Assembly: GCF_036971445.1 (NCBI RefSeq)
Contig: NC_091481.1
Coordinates: forward strand, 11,222,001 to 11,286,000
DNA length: 64,000 nt
Direction: 5' to 3'
From: Narcine bancroftii
Taxonomy: Eukaryota
Part shown: positions 35,833 to 48,539 of the stretch, piece after piece
Position numbering within the stretch: the stretch's first letter is position 1
How the letters are laid out: every line of letters begins with the position of its first letter
Program-made: the position numbers and the translations under genes
The notes under the pieces: model-generated
The model's input: only the letters and a program-made list of their open reading frames with translations
Told to the model about the DNA's origin: nothing
Database searches by the model: none

Positions 35833-38800
35833 TGTAGCGACTGCTGCGGCAGTGCAACTGAGTAAAGAGACATCCACACAGTGTGAGGGTGAACCAAAGA
35901 ATGACTTTGTTGGTACTGTGACAAGAGTATATAGATATGTTTTGGGGAGATAAATTGGGAAAGGTTTGTTAGTGTAGGTCACATACAAACACTTTAAAAC
36001 AGATCTTATTTAAAATATTGGAGCTCTGCCCCATGCTAGACCTGTCGGGGCCAACAGTCTTTGCAAGAGCTTTGGAGAGTGTCCAAGAGACTTGACTAAT
36101 GGATTGTTGTTTACAAAAAGGCAACAGATGAAAGAGCTTGTCAGAGCCACAGACAGTCTGAAGGGGAACTTGCTGTTTTAAGAGGATCATGTGGCTTTGC
36201 AAGCAGAGAGAGTAAAACTGGCTTTCTCTCTGTGTGAGAGAGGGAGAGAGAGACACACAGAGATCACTTCTACAGTATTACAGCCAGTAACAGCAGCTAG
36301 GACTGGAACAGTACAAGCTGGCAAGCTTATGGAAAGCCCTATTTGGAAGATGAGTTTGTAAGTGCTTTGTTCAGCCTGGTAAAAGCCCTTGTGGGTCATG
36401 CAAGAGGAGAGGACTGGCTGTCTAATGTTTTACTTGGAATAAGAGAAACAAAAAAGCACTCTGTGGTGACCTGAAGAAAGAGGTTATCATCTGGAGAACC
36501 CTGAGGGGGAAAGATGTGTCAGTAAGACACTGAAATGGCTGATTTAAAAAATTTAAAAAAAAAATTTCATATATATATAAAAGGAATCAGTTGTGGGTGT
36601 CAACGTACAATGAATCTCTCTCTGAAAACTGAGCAGTAACCATTTACCTTTTAAGCACCAAAGCCTGGTGAACTTTATAAATGTTAAATTCTGTGCACTG
36701 TATAAGAATTGCCTGCAACCAGTAAACTTGGAGAAATGAGAAGTGAGATTGGACTATGAACCAAAGAACTTTTCTGAACTTATATACACATTACATACAC
36801 GTGCACTTAGAATTAGAAGGGGGTGAAGTTAGGTTAAGTAAGTCAATAATGATGTTAAAGTTTGATTCTATTTTCATGTTTAAAGATAATTAAAAGCAAC
36901 TTTTGTTTAAGTAACCATTTGTCTTGGAGAATATCTATTGCTGCTAGGTTTATGGGTCCTTTGGACTTGTAACAGTACCTAAAAGTACCCAAGACAGTTC
37001 ATCTATCCAATCCAGTCCCTTAAGACATGCTATGGGAACCATTTTCATATGACAGTGAAAACTTTTCCATTAAGCCATTGGACTGGGGATGATAGGCCAT
37101 CGACTGAAAAAATTGTGTTCCCAACAACTGTCCGATTGTGGACCATAACCCAGGTATAAACTGAGCTCCTCTGTAAGAGTAAATATGCACAGCTAGTCTG
37201 AAACACACTATCCAATTGGCAAAGAGGGCTCTTGCACAAGCTGAGGTGGAGGTGTTGGAGAGCAGGACAACCTCTGGCCATCTCATGAACCTGTCTACTA
37301 TTGTGAAGAGGTAAGTAGCACCCTTGAATGGGGTAACGGGCCGATGATATCAGCAACATGAGGGTGCAAAAACCTGTAGTGGGCTTTGGTGTGGCGCTGA
37401 ACTTTTGAAGTCTGGCACTGGATGCATGTCCTGGTCCAAGTGCCACCTTGCATGTGCAAGACATGGAACATGAATTTAGTTGTCACGAGCCTTGTTGTTG
37501 TCCTAATAGAAGGGAGAGCCAAACTGTGTGGCGTCAAACACCTGAAGTCGCCACGCAGAAGGTACAATGGGCCTCGGTTGACCGGTGGATATGTCACAAA
37601 GTAGAGAGGCAGTTGCTGGACCAAAATTTATGTCCTCCAATTTCAGTCCTGATATGGCAGCACAATACGTAGCCATCTCTTCATCTTCCTGCTGAGCTGC
37701 TGTCAAAGCTGTGTTGTCTATACTGGGAACAGACGAAAGGAGGGAAGCAATGGTGGTGCAATGTGTTTCATCGTAGTCATAAACTGTGAAATGTAAGAGT
37801 TGTTGTTGTGCTGATCATGGATCTGACATCTTGGCAAAGGCGAAATTCAATGGCTTGTGATCCATGTAGAGCATGAACCCTCTGCCCTCTAGGAAGTAGT
37901 GGAAATGCCATATGGCCAAGTAGAGGGCAAGGAGCTCCCTGTCAAAAGCATTGTACTTTTGCTCCAGTGGTCTCAAATGATGACTAAAGAAAGCTAGGGG
38001 TTTCCAAATGCCATCGACGAGCTGCTCCAGGACCCCACCTACGCAGTGTCTGATGCATCCACCGTCTGAGCTTTTGGCACTTCACACCTCGGATGCACAA
38101 GCTTAGTGGCTCTCGTTAGCACTCCTTTGGTAGTCTTGAATCCAGCCTTGGCCTCGTCATTCCATTTCAGTTCCTTGGGAAGTGTGGGAAGGTGTTTGAA
38201 AAGTGGGTGTATAACTTTGGCTGCAGCTGCATTACCACGAAACGATGGTAAAAGTTCATCATGCCAACAAACTCATGGAGGTCTTTAATGGTTGAGGGTC
38301 TTGGAAATTTGCAAATGGCCTTGATCTTGGAAGGTAGTGGAACTGCTCCGTGGTCACTGCAGTGGCTGAGGAAATTGATTGATGTGAGGCCAAACTGGCA
38401 TTTGGCCAGGTTGATCGCTACCCTGTGGTCATCTCGCTGCTGACATAATTGACGGAGATGGGCTTGGTTCGCTGCTGCTAGTGGCTGGTGATAGGATGTC
38501 GTCTAAATAAACAAATACGAAATCCAGATCCCGGCTAACTGTGTCCATTAGACATTGAAATGTCTGGGCTGTTTTTTTTTAAACCGAAAAGCACACGGAG
38601 GAATTCAAATAGCCCAAAAGGGGTATTCTAGGCAGTCTTAGGAATGACATTTAGGTGAACTGGGATCTGATGGTCAACTCGCACCAGGTCGATTTTGGAG
38701 AAAATCTTAACGCCGTGAAGGATCGCAGAGAAATCCTGTATATGGGGAACTGGGTAGGGATCTGCTGCAGTGATGTCATTCAGTCACAGATAGCCCCCAC

Positions 38801-40329
38801 AAGGTCTCCACTCTCCAGATGCCTTGGGTACCATATGCAGTAGTGATGTCCAAGGGCTTTCGGAGTAGCAAACAATCCCCATTTCTTCCATATTTTCGAA
38901 TTAATTTTTAGCCAATCGTAATTTATCCAGAGGTAGCCTGTGTGCTTGAGCCTGCAGGGGACGTGCATGAGTTGGAATGTGGCGCTGTACTCAACATTTC
39001 AGTTGGGTTTTTGAGAACTGCGGAGTAATAACGCTGGGGAATTCTCTGAGGATTCTGGTGTATTCATTGTTCGAGAGTGTCACAGAGTTGAGATGAGGTG
39101 CGGGCAATGCCGTGGGGTGCAAGACTAGGGACTTGAAAGTCTTCAAATTAACTAAGCGCCGACTTTGAGGTCTACTAGAAGGGTGTGTGCTCGCAAAAAA
39201 TCAGCCCCCAGGAGTGGCTGTGATACATCAGCAATGGTGAAGGACCAGCTGAAACACGAGCCAAAATTGAGTAGAATTGTCCGTGACCTGTACGTCTGGA
39301 TGCTGCTGATGCGAGAGGAAGACCTGTATTTCCTTAATGTGTGTCTAGGCCAGAGGAGGAAAACAGACTAACCTCCGCTCAAATGTCGACCAAGAACTGA
39401 CAGCCTGAGTGTCGATCCCAGAGGAGAAGGAGGTTGTTCTTTTGGCCAGCTCTCCTGCCACTACTGACGGCCAGTCTTGGCATTTCTTGGATGCGTGCAG
39501 GGAGGACGGTAGAGGTGGGCTGCAGCTCCCCATCACTGATGATAATAGCACCTCTGCTTTTTGTCTGTGCTGATTAGCATACCACAACACATCAGCACAG
39601 GCCGCTAAGCAACAGGGGTTGTTAAAGTCTTCGTCTGCAAGCAGTAAACTGATGACTTCTGGCATTTGCTTGAGGAAAACGTTGCTTGAAAAACAAACAG
39701 GGCTTGTGTGTGTCCATGAGCTCCAGTATCTCATTCATTAGTTCGGAAGGAATATGGTTGCCCAGGCCTTCATATGGAGAAGTCATGCCACGGGAAAGGC
39801 TGAAAATACGTATGAGGAGGATTTAGATGGCGACATGCCTGTCATTGGCTGGAGACTAGGATAAGAAATTGACAAAATGTCCCGCAGTGTCTTGGTCCAG
39901 TGATGCAACGATATAGTAGTACTTCGTTTCATCAGCGGTAATCTGGCATAGATGGAACTGGGCCTCAGCCTGCTTGAACCAGACCTGTGGCTGCGAGGTC
40001 CAAACTACTGGAAGTTTGAGTGCACTGGCTTTTGGTGTGACCATAGTGAGGTCCAAAATGTCATTTGGACCGTTGGGGTCTCCAGTGTAGCGAGTGGTGC
40101 AGTGAATAAAGCACAAGAGAAGTTGTTTGTGAGCTGAACCAACAGAACTGTTTAATGGAATCTTCACAGAAGTTTAAATAATTACAGTTGGTCCACTATC
40201 ATAATCACACGACCTGAAGTCACATGCCTCCCAGAGTTCTTTGTGACCCCACCACTAGGTACTCCTGATCCTGTGGAGGCCCACAACTATGGACGCTGGT
40301 TTGATAATGGAATGGCACGGTTTGCCACA
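35833..40329 (-). mobile_element. Decayed Ty3/Gypsy LTR retrotransposon (5' LTR 40086-40329, PBS, gag-pol remnants to ~37000, probable 3' LTR remnant from 35833)
   Basis: 5' LTR TG...CA followed by PBS-like ctggagacccc; gag ALKLPVVWTSQPQVWFKQAEAQF; RT VFVYLDDIL (~38500-38520); RNase H TVDASD and AFDRELLALY (~37920-38065); integrase C..CQ.SK and YHPQSNGLME. Domain order RT-RH-IN is Gypsy. Many frameshifts. Confidence 0.88.
35917..36974 (+). mobile_element. Solo LTR (~1.06 kb) nested in the Gypsy remnant
   Basis: tgtgaca...gtaaca termini; 4-bp TSD gtac (35913-35916 / 36975-36978); homologous along its length to 52868-53892. Confidence 0.9.
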
Positions 40330-40485
40330 ATGTACTAATTTCAGATTGTAAAAAAAAAAATTACAACACTTGCAGAAAGTCAACACTTGTGGAGCTGAAA
40401 CATTTGTAATTTCAATCATAATTAACACTTATTTGACTTGTTTGGCACATTTTCTTATTGGCATTATTTTTAGCTTCACTAGGTT

Positions 40486-40576
40486 ATGAAATATTTTTGG
40501 ATGCTACGATTCATAAAAGGCAGCTCTTCTAATAGCCTGCTCAAAACAATATTTGTTCGAAGAATGCTCAGTTCAG
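40486..40576 (+). CDS. ACOT: ACOT coding exon 1 (mitochondrial presequence-like)
   Basis: Acceptor ttttagcttcactag (exon from 40483), ATG at 40486, donor cag|gtacag; MKYFWMLRFIKGSSSNSLLKTIFVRRMLSS + phase-1 G joins exon 45968 in frame. No acidic residues, K/R/S/L/F-rich. Symbol is family-level only. Confidence 0.7.
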
Positions 40577-40801
40577 GTACAGTATAAATTTGCAACTTTT
40601 CAAATTAAATGGAAATACTATGGATGGTTTATTAAATTATTTTTCTGCCCAACAGTTATTTTATAAGACAAATGCTTTATTATCATACTGTTTTTACTAA
40701 GTAATTTGTTAGAATTTCAGTTTGATGGAATTGTAGTGCTGAGGTTTTAACATTATCAAAGAAAGTTGAGGGGTTGCTGTTTAACCACATATTTCAATGT
40801 T

Positions 40802-41559
40802 CAGTAAAATCCCCGTTATCCAGAATTCCATCAACTCAAACAACTGGCAAAAAAAGGGGGGAAAAAAAAACCGAATAAATAAATACATGAATAGATGAAT
40901 AGATGTGAATAGATAAGACTGGGTGGATGGACCCTGCGTAAGAGCTCTGAGACTTTGTTGGGCACACACAGCAATGCCCCTCAAATGTTCGCGCATTCTT
41001 TTCGCTGTCACCACTTGCGTGGAGGTGAGTTGGGTTGTCAGCGCAAGGAAGTGTGCCGAGGGCCTCACTGGAACACTTGAGTCGGAGCTGGGATGGGTGG
41101 TGCCCAGGTTGAAGGGTCGGCCAATGCTGCTTACCATTGGGGCAACTTTCCCAAAGTGTCTTCCTATCCCTGCCTAATAGGAATCTTTATTAGTATTAGG
41201 TATATTAGTAAGGCTTTATCTGTAAACTTGGAAGAGGAGGTTAATTATGATGGTGGCTTAGTTAGCATAACATAGAAGCTGGCATAACACTATTACAGCG
41301 CCAGTGACCCAGATTCGAATTAAAATTTTGTAAGTTACCAGAATCACCTAATAAAAGTGAACCTTACATAATTAAAGACTACAATACTGATTTTTTTTTT
41401 TCATATTACTTTACAATTTGAACTGTCTTTTGTCTTTTAAAGGGTATATTCTTAATCCAGATATATTAGGCATTGGAAGAGTGAGTCTCAGTCAACAGGA
41501 AAATTCACATATTCGACATCTGCGATCCCCGTAGGTATCAGGTAGTGGGGATTCGACTG
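40802..41559. mobile_element. Degenerate Tc1/mariner-pogo non-autonomous element with a SINE fragment inside
   Basis: Termini cagtaaaatcccc / ggggattcgactg resemble the TIRs of 45198-45417. Confidence 0.55.
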
Positions 41560-42081
41560 TCATTGAAATTAAATTAATAAATATACTCAAGAGAATGAGA
41601 AAACCCTGTAATGTTCTCCACAGATTTCGTGCCACTGTGACATTGAAGAGTTTTGCAAAAGTGATTCATGATTTTCAACAGCTGTTATTAGGATATAATG
41701 TTTTGATTAATGCTTTCCTCAGATGCTATAATTTTCCTTGTGTATTGATCAAGTGGCTGTAATTTTTGACTTTGGCAGTGGCTTAGAATGAATTGATTTT
41801 CCACTTCCACATTTAATTTTGAATTGGAACCATCTTGTGGGATTTTTAAATGTGTTTGCATGAAGCCTGAGAGGTAATTTAAATAAAACCACATATGAAA
41901 GTAGCTTGGCAGAAGTATAAATATATCAAGGATGTTAATCTGAGAAATTTATTAGGAAGATAGTGAGATTCTAGCCATAATTCTAGAACCCTTGGGGAAA
42001 GTAGAACACACTGTAGGTGCATAATTGAATTCAAATTGGGTAACAAAGTAATATCATCGGAATTGCACAAATGCTATGTTT

Positions 42082-42688
42082 TTTTTTGAAGACTTTATTT
42101 AAAATTTTATAACATGAATACAATAGAGAATTACATTTAAAGAAAAATTTTAAAAAATTAAAATGGTATGATTACAATATTACATCAGAAAACTACACAA
42201 AATAACCCCCCCATTAATTGTAGCATAATATTAGTAATCTAACTTAAAATTAGTCCAGCCCTCCCCCCCCCAAATAAAGAGTGAAGAGTTAATAAAATTA
42301 ACAATATTATATATGGAAAAAAAATACCCACTTACAAAAAAGAGATAAAACTTAACCTAAAAAAAAATTCTAACAACAAAAATTTTTTTTATCAATACTA
42401 AAATATCACGCTTAAACATATATTTAAATCAAACTTAAATGCATATAATTAGCAAACGGAGTCCACTTTAACTTATAAAAAGACATCTTATCCTGAATTG
42501 AAAAAGATATCCTTTCCATAGTCAAACAAAATTTCATCTCCAAATACCACTTATCTAAAGTTAATATATTTTTATCTTTCCAAGTAAGTGCTATACATTT
42601 CTTAGCCACGACTAAAGCTAAATAGTTAAAGGAAATCTGATAATCCTCTAAACCTAAATCAATTAATGATTGCATGTTCCCTAATAAA
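42082..42688 (-). mobile_element. 5'-truncated L1 with 16-bp TSD
   Basis: Minus ORF 42424-42693 (AKKCIALTWK...WYLEM) is an L1 ORF2 C terminus; poly-T at left; TSD cacaaatgctatgttt at 42066-42081 and 42689-42704. Confidence 0.9.
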
Positions 42689-42909
42689 CACAAATGCTAT
42701 GTTTGAACGAATGATGGATTTTATAGGGAAAGGGAAAGCTGTGAATGAAATGTCTTAGATTTTTTACAAAGGCTCAGAAAAAGTGACCTTCGGGTGCTGT
42801 TGAGTTACTATGCCTTGTGGCTGAAGTGGGAAGTGGCTAGTTGCCAGTAGATGGGAGGCTGTTAACGTTGGTTCTGCCCACTCCCTCCAAGCGTACCGCT
42901 ACATATGTA

Positions 42910-44975
42910 CCTTTTATTAAAGAAAATTAAAGAAGATTTAATAAGATGAAAGGATTTGCCAATTTATTTAATAGGAAGGATAAATTGTGTGAATATGAAT
43001 ATTTATCCGAGAAAACAATCCCTATTTCAATCATTACCAATTTTTTTACCAACAATGTTTTTTTTTCCAAGATTTAAATAAAAGTGTAAGAAGATTTATT
43101 TGGCAAGACAAAATGCTGAGGATTGCATTGGATAAATTAACATGGAAGTATGACCGGGGTGGGGGGGGGGGGGGGCGGGGGAGATGGTGGAATTACGAAT
43201 GCCTAATTAAAAAAATTACCATAAAGCAGCTCAACTTAGATTTTTGTCTTGTTATCAGACTGATGAAAAGGCAGTGTGGGTACAAATTGAAATGAGTAAA
43301 TTAGGAGAAAATAATTCTGAGCATATTTTGTATAAATAGCATGAAGGATTGTTGAGAGGGCAAAAAATACACCAATCTTGAAGCATATATTTAATGTTGG
43401 AATGGATACATGTAGAAAGAGGAAAGAAAAATGATCAATTGGCTAGAATGTTATTAAAGCAAAATCCTTTGATTCCTTTCACGGTTAATAATGTTTATTT
43501 TGACATTTGGTACAATTGTGGAATAAAAACAATAAAGGATTGTTTTTTGGATTCTGTATTTTTTTTTACTTTTGACCAATTGAAAGATAAGTATAACATA
43601 CCAAGTAATACTATTTTTTCTTATTATCAGCTTAAATCATATTTAAAAATAAAGCTAGGGATGAATTTTAGAATACCTGAACAAAGTCAATTTGAATATT
43701 TAATAACTGATACAGTTATCAAAAGATTTATTACTAATGTGTATATAAAATTGCAAGAGACTATGCAGAAAAAGGATATATTTGAAACTGAAGTGAATTG
43801 GGAAAGAGATTTAAAGATACAAATTCAAGTATGGTAAAAAATTATGTTGTGAAAGTGTAACTAATACAATTAATGTTAGATACCAAATGATACAATTCAA
43901 TTTTTTACATCAATGATACTCTGTAGCCGTTTCCTACGAAGAAACACACACACTCGCAGTCTGGGAGGTTAAACTCTGACTTTATTGAGGCTGGAAATGG
44001 TCCTTTTGTACAGTTGGAGTTCCTGCTGTTTGGTTGATTGGCTGACATCAACAGCATGAATAACAAAAATGGGATTCCCGCCCACGGGAATATTCTTGCA
44101 TATGAATACCCTTCTTCCCCAGCCTGGTGTTGTTCTGTTAGCTCAGCAGCCTGGCCAGCACCATTTTGGAGCTGCTGGTCTTGTACGGCCCCAGCTTCCA
44201 ACCGTGCAGGTTCGCTATTGCTAGGGGTCATGTTTATGAGTTATGCCACTGTTTATTACCGTGCGTTGTGCCGGCCCGATCTCTGCAGTTGAGGGCTGTC
44301 ACAATTCCATATAAATTACATGGGAATTAATTCTAATTTTTCTGATCAATGTTTCAAATGTAGTAAAGAAGTAGGAACTTTCTTGCATGCAGTTTGGCAA
44401 TGTGAAAAAGTAGAAAATTTTTTGGAAGATATTATTATTTTATTGGGATGAGTTATGAGGATGCAAGTTTTGAAAGATCCCAAAATATTTTTATTGGGAG
44501 TTATTTTTCAGTTGAACTTAGATATTTATCAGAAGTTTTTAAGTGTAGCAAAGAAATGTATAGCTGTAACTTGGAAATTAGATAATGTGGAGTTGCATAA
44601 ATGGTAAATAGAATGACTAATTTGTATACCATTAGAGAAAATAATGTATAATTTACGGAATCAACCAGAAAAATTTGATAAGATTTGGAAACCTTGTATG
44701 GATTTTATGGCTTCATCTACAGCATCCGCCACTCCAGCTCCAACTCACCTTAGTTAATTCAAGGTTCAAGGTCATTATGTAAATTTGAAATTTAACTAAT
44801 TAATGATGGATATATGATTATCTGGCTTTCTTTTCTATTTTTCCTACTTTTTGGGGATGGAGGGGTAGAAAATAGGGAAATATGTATTTTTGCATATTTT
44901 AAAATCTGTATAATATGATAAATACTGTATTTGTATTGATGCAAACAAAAAATAAAATTTACAACAACAAAAAAA
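42910..44975 (+). mobile_element. Decayed L1 ORF2 3' half and 3'UTR, interrupted by a solo LTR
   Basis: RIALDKLT, QNPLIPFT, YYQLKSYLK, FEYLITDT and CF.C..E.GTF.HA.W.C remnants; A-tail near 44970. Confidence 0.85.
43922..44303 (-). mobile_element. Solo LTR (382 bp) inserted in L1
   Basis: TG...CA termini, near-TSD actc/attc, aataaa on the minus strand; cleanly interrupts L1 coding remnants. Confidence 0.75.
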
Positions 44976-45197
44976 AATGAGGGGCACCATGAGATAATTG
45001 ATGAAGGAAGTAGAGGATAAAAATAAATATAACAATAGACCATACAAAGTGGTGAAGACTAATGGGGGCATCAGGGGTCTGGTAATTCTTCAGTAACCAG
45101 CAGAGGAGGATTACAAATTTATAAGGAGGGAAGAAATTGATAATAAGAATGAGCTGGAAAGCAATATTAAAACAAACAGTAGGAGCTTTAGTGCATA

Positions 45198-45417
45198 CAG
45201 TAAAACCCCTGTTATTTGGAATACAAGCAACTGGCAGCTTCAAACAATGGCAAAAAAAAACTGAGGAAAATAAACAGTTAAAAAATATGAAAGGTTAAAA
45301 TTGGCGCGCCTCACCTTTAGTTCATCAGTCATGCCACATGCATCTCAGGCAACAGGAAATACACTTATCCAGCATCTACCAATCCTCTTAGGTGCTGGAT
45401 TCCAGGGGACTTTACTG
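45198..45417. mobile_element. Tc1/mariner-pogo MITE
   Basis: TIRs cagtaaaacccctg / caggggactttactg; TA on both sides. Confidence 0.8.
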
Positions 45418-45967
45418 TATTTTTTTAAATGGAGAGATTAGCATGCATTAGACCCATTGAGAAAGATACTCTAAGGTCCCTCTATTTAACTATATCTGAG
45501 TGATCTACCTCTCACTATGTATTTCTTTGTCTTGTTGCACTTCCCTAAAAATAAATTACACAAAATGCATACATATGAAAACAGGCCTTGAACTATGACC
45601 CACGAGGTCATGGGCCTAGTGCAAGAAGATAGTATTTGGTTGGATAATTCTTTATTAACTGGTACAGAGTCTCCTATTTTGTACAAAGTGGGAGGGGAGG
45701 AGAGGAAAAAAGTAATTTTGGAAGGAAAGATAGATTTTGCATCAAAAGGAGTGACAATGTAATGTGAAAGATGGTGATAATGGACAAGTAAAGGAACAAC
45801 TTGAAAGTAAATAAATAAAGCATTGTTTAACATAGAAAATATATTTGAGCCTTGGATTATGTGGCTCATGATAAGTTTGGTTGGGAATGGTTTTTTGATA
45901 TTTATATTGTGCATAATTTTAAAGGATTTATTTCCATTAAATGTGTTGACTGTTTCATTAAATCCAG

Positions 45968-46174
45968 GTAGAGCAATAAATTATGGTCAAAGAGTGGCCC
46001 CCCTGATCAAAGCAGAACCATTAAGAGGACTGGTGGATGAATCAATCAAGATTGAGATTGCACATTTAACCCCAAACCAACAGGTTACATTGCACTCACA
46101 GATTTTGTCTGAGGATGACGATTGGTGGATGGCATATGCCCACTATGTCAGTGATTCGGAGGGAACTGTTCGAG
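45968..46174 (+). CDS. ACOT: ACOT coding exon 2 (N-terminal Bile_Hydr_Trans-type domain)
   Basis: GRAINYGQRVAPLIKAEPLRGLVDESIKIEIAHLTPNQQVTLHS...WMAYAHYVSDSEGTVR; P.RGLVDE and A.Y..D..G.V motifs; phase 1-1. Confidence 0.9.
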
Positions 46175-46859
46175 GTGTGTGCCACTGTGTAACACTATGT
46201 ATTTTTCACTATTTCACAGGAATTTTGTGTCACTTTAACTTGCAGTAGAGTGTCAGCCTTTAAGGCAGATGTTTTGAGCACGTGTGGGAAATAATTTTCA
46301 TAAATTCTTCAATTTTTAAACAGGTAACAGAGGGCAGGTCAGTAATTAAAAAAAAACCTTATAAAGGGACATTGTATCCACAAATAGTTTGACCCTCCAT
46401 GAGACATGCTAATGAGCACAACTTGCTGAACAAAGGATTCAGTGGACAATCAATGATTTGGATGTGGAGTGAGCTGTTTGGTTCACAAATATCAGTCTAC
46501 TCTACAGCAAATAAAGTTAGTTTAAGAGCTGAGAAAACAAAGATACAGTTTTCTTTCTCAATAAAAGCTGGTTAATTTCTCAACAATAATTCTGCAGATG
46601 GAGATGGTTAGAGGTGAGAAGGCTTTGCATGAAATTATTTTCAGCCTTTTGTGGTACTGTGATCACCAAGCACAACCAGAAGGGAATAAACCCATTTTTT
46701 CACTGGTTGACATTATATGTAATCTTCTCAGAAACATGCAAGAATCGTTCAAACTGGGAAGTGTTGAATTTTTGTTTTCAGAGAAACACCTGTCGGTTTT
46801 TTTTTTCATACTAGCACAAAAGATTTAAAATGTAGCTCTATCTTTTAGTAAGATAGAGA

Positions 46860-47150
46860 TTAATCCTGATAAGTGAGCAGTGATGCACTTTGGGAGGACT
46901 GATAAAGGAAGGGAATTAATAATGAATTGCAAGATCCCGAGGAGTATTGAAAATTCAAGGGACCTGGCATACCAAGATAAAGGAATTTGAGGTGACAGCC
47001 CAGGTAGATAAGTTTGGGAATAAGACAAGCAAAATACTTGCCTTTATTAACCAAGGCACAAAATGTAAGATTATGGTGCAGGTTTATAAAACATTGATTA
47101 GTCCTTAGCTAAAGAACTGTAGGCAGCTCTGGCTGCCACATAAAAAGAGA
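46860..47150 (+). mobile_element. CR1 LINE fragment
   Basis: Degenerate MHFGR.., RDLG, LYKTL.RP.L motifs; similar to the reverse complement of 56350-56640. Confidence 0.6.
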
Positions 47151-47420
47151 GAGTTGTAGGTTTTATAATGAAACAATCTGAAGAGAGGGAAAAATAAAAC
47201 TTTTTATTTTGTCTGCTTCCAAGCCAATTTAAAAAAGATCATCTGACCCTTTTAATTAAGTATCTTTAAATTTCTTTAAACTTGTTAATATTAGTCGTTT
47301 TTAGAAAAAAAACGATGGCAATATATGTTCATGTTCATCTATTGAGTATCTTTTTATTAGAATGGAATTGATGCAAGTAGAAACTCTGGATAATTTTGTT
47401 TTTCATCTTACTTTTCATAG

Positions 47421-47520
47421 TTAGCCATGATAAATCAATGGGAGGCACCTACACTGGTCAAGAACCAATGGGCTTAATCTGGAGCATGAAGCTTGCACCT
47501 GGTGGTCGTCAAGCAATGAG
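47421..47520 (+). CDS. ACOT: ACOT coding exon 3
   Basis: cttttcatag|...gag|gtacaa; VSHDKSMGGTYTGQEPMGLIWSMKLAPGGRQAMR (GG.Y.G.EPMGL.WS motif). Confidence 0.93.
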
Positions 47521-47664
47521 GTACAATTTTTGACTACTTTCCCCAAATTCTACTAACTTTGTCTATGGAGGGTCTGACGAGTCTCTGGTTACCATTCCCA
47601 ATGTACCTGGCAAATTTGATGTATAACATCTCCTGTATATCTTCAGGCCCAAGAATTACATACC

Positions 47665-48470
47665 TCTGAGGAAATGTGGGAGCCATCTCCCTTTTCCTTC
47701 AGCCCACTGACTCTTCTATGGGATCCATAATTAGTGTGACTGCACTTTCCATCCTGCTTCCTGTAAGGATTCCATTTTCTCAGTTCCTCCATCTCCATCG
47801 TATTTGCTAAAATGACAAAATTTTCCATGTGATTGTCTTGAGATGCCGTGGTTCAGGAAAAAGGAATACATGCCCTGCACTATTGATAAGAGTGCATCTT
47901 TTTCCTGCACTGCTACTTTCTCTCCTCTTAGATGAAACAGGATGGAATACATATAGTCGACCTTCAACCCTTTTCAATCTTTTGCAGTTTCCACCACTAA
48001 ATGAATCTTCCCTCTCCTCCCCTTCCCTATTTTTCTACAACCTCCTTGTTGGCTCTTCCCATTCAAGCCACTACCATTCAACTGCAGGAGATGCAGTATT
48101 CTTTTTAATCTTTTAGCTTGTGACCTACCAAGGAGTCACAGTCCTTCCAAGAGAAGCAGCTATTTGGCTGCCCTTCTTCCAGTCCTGTGAATTGCATTCC
48201 ACATTCACAATGTGGTACTGTATGCTCTACATTGGAGAAATCAAAAGCAGATTGACTGTCTGCTTTGTTGAGCATTTATGTTAATTCCTCTGGGGTGACC
48301 ATGAGTTTCCTGGTATCTGCCTCTTTACTTCTCCTTCTCTTTGTGCTTCAACTGTATGTTATAATGAGGCCCAATATAAACTTTAGAAAGAATATCGCTT
48401 CCTGGCCAAATTTCAACCTTCAGAACACAATATCAAATTCTAGAACTTCAGTTAACTTTGCTTTCTGTCT
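47665..48470 (+). mobile_element. Old Penelope-like fragment
   Basis: Degenerate LYIGE.K.RL...FVEH near 48225-48275. Confidence 0.55.
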
Positions 48471-48539
48471 CTATCAGAACAGGCAAGGATTTCAATCTGA
48501 TATTGGCTCAATATTGCTATCTTCACCTGTTTTGCTGAC

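Noticed and set aside
40974-41030. ATG plus strong donor gag|gtgagt as an alternative ACOT first exon (MFAHSFRCHHLRG)
   Set aside because: Lies inside a DNA-transposon remnant and has no clear acceptor or promoter. Exonisation cannot be excluded but is unsupported.
45823-45967. Hydrophobic in-frame N-terminal extension of ACOT (MWLMISLVGNGFLIFILCIILK) as a signal anchor
   Set aside because: Better explained as T-rich intron read-through; exon 40483-40576 supplies a more convincing in-phase start.
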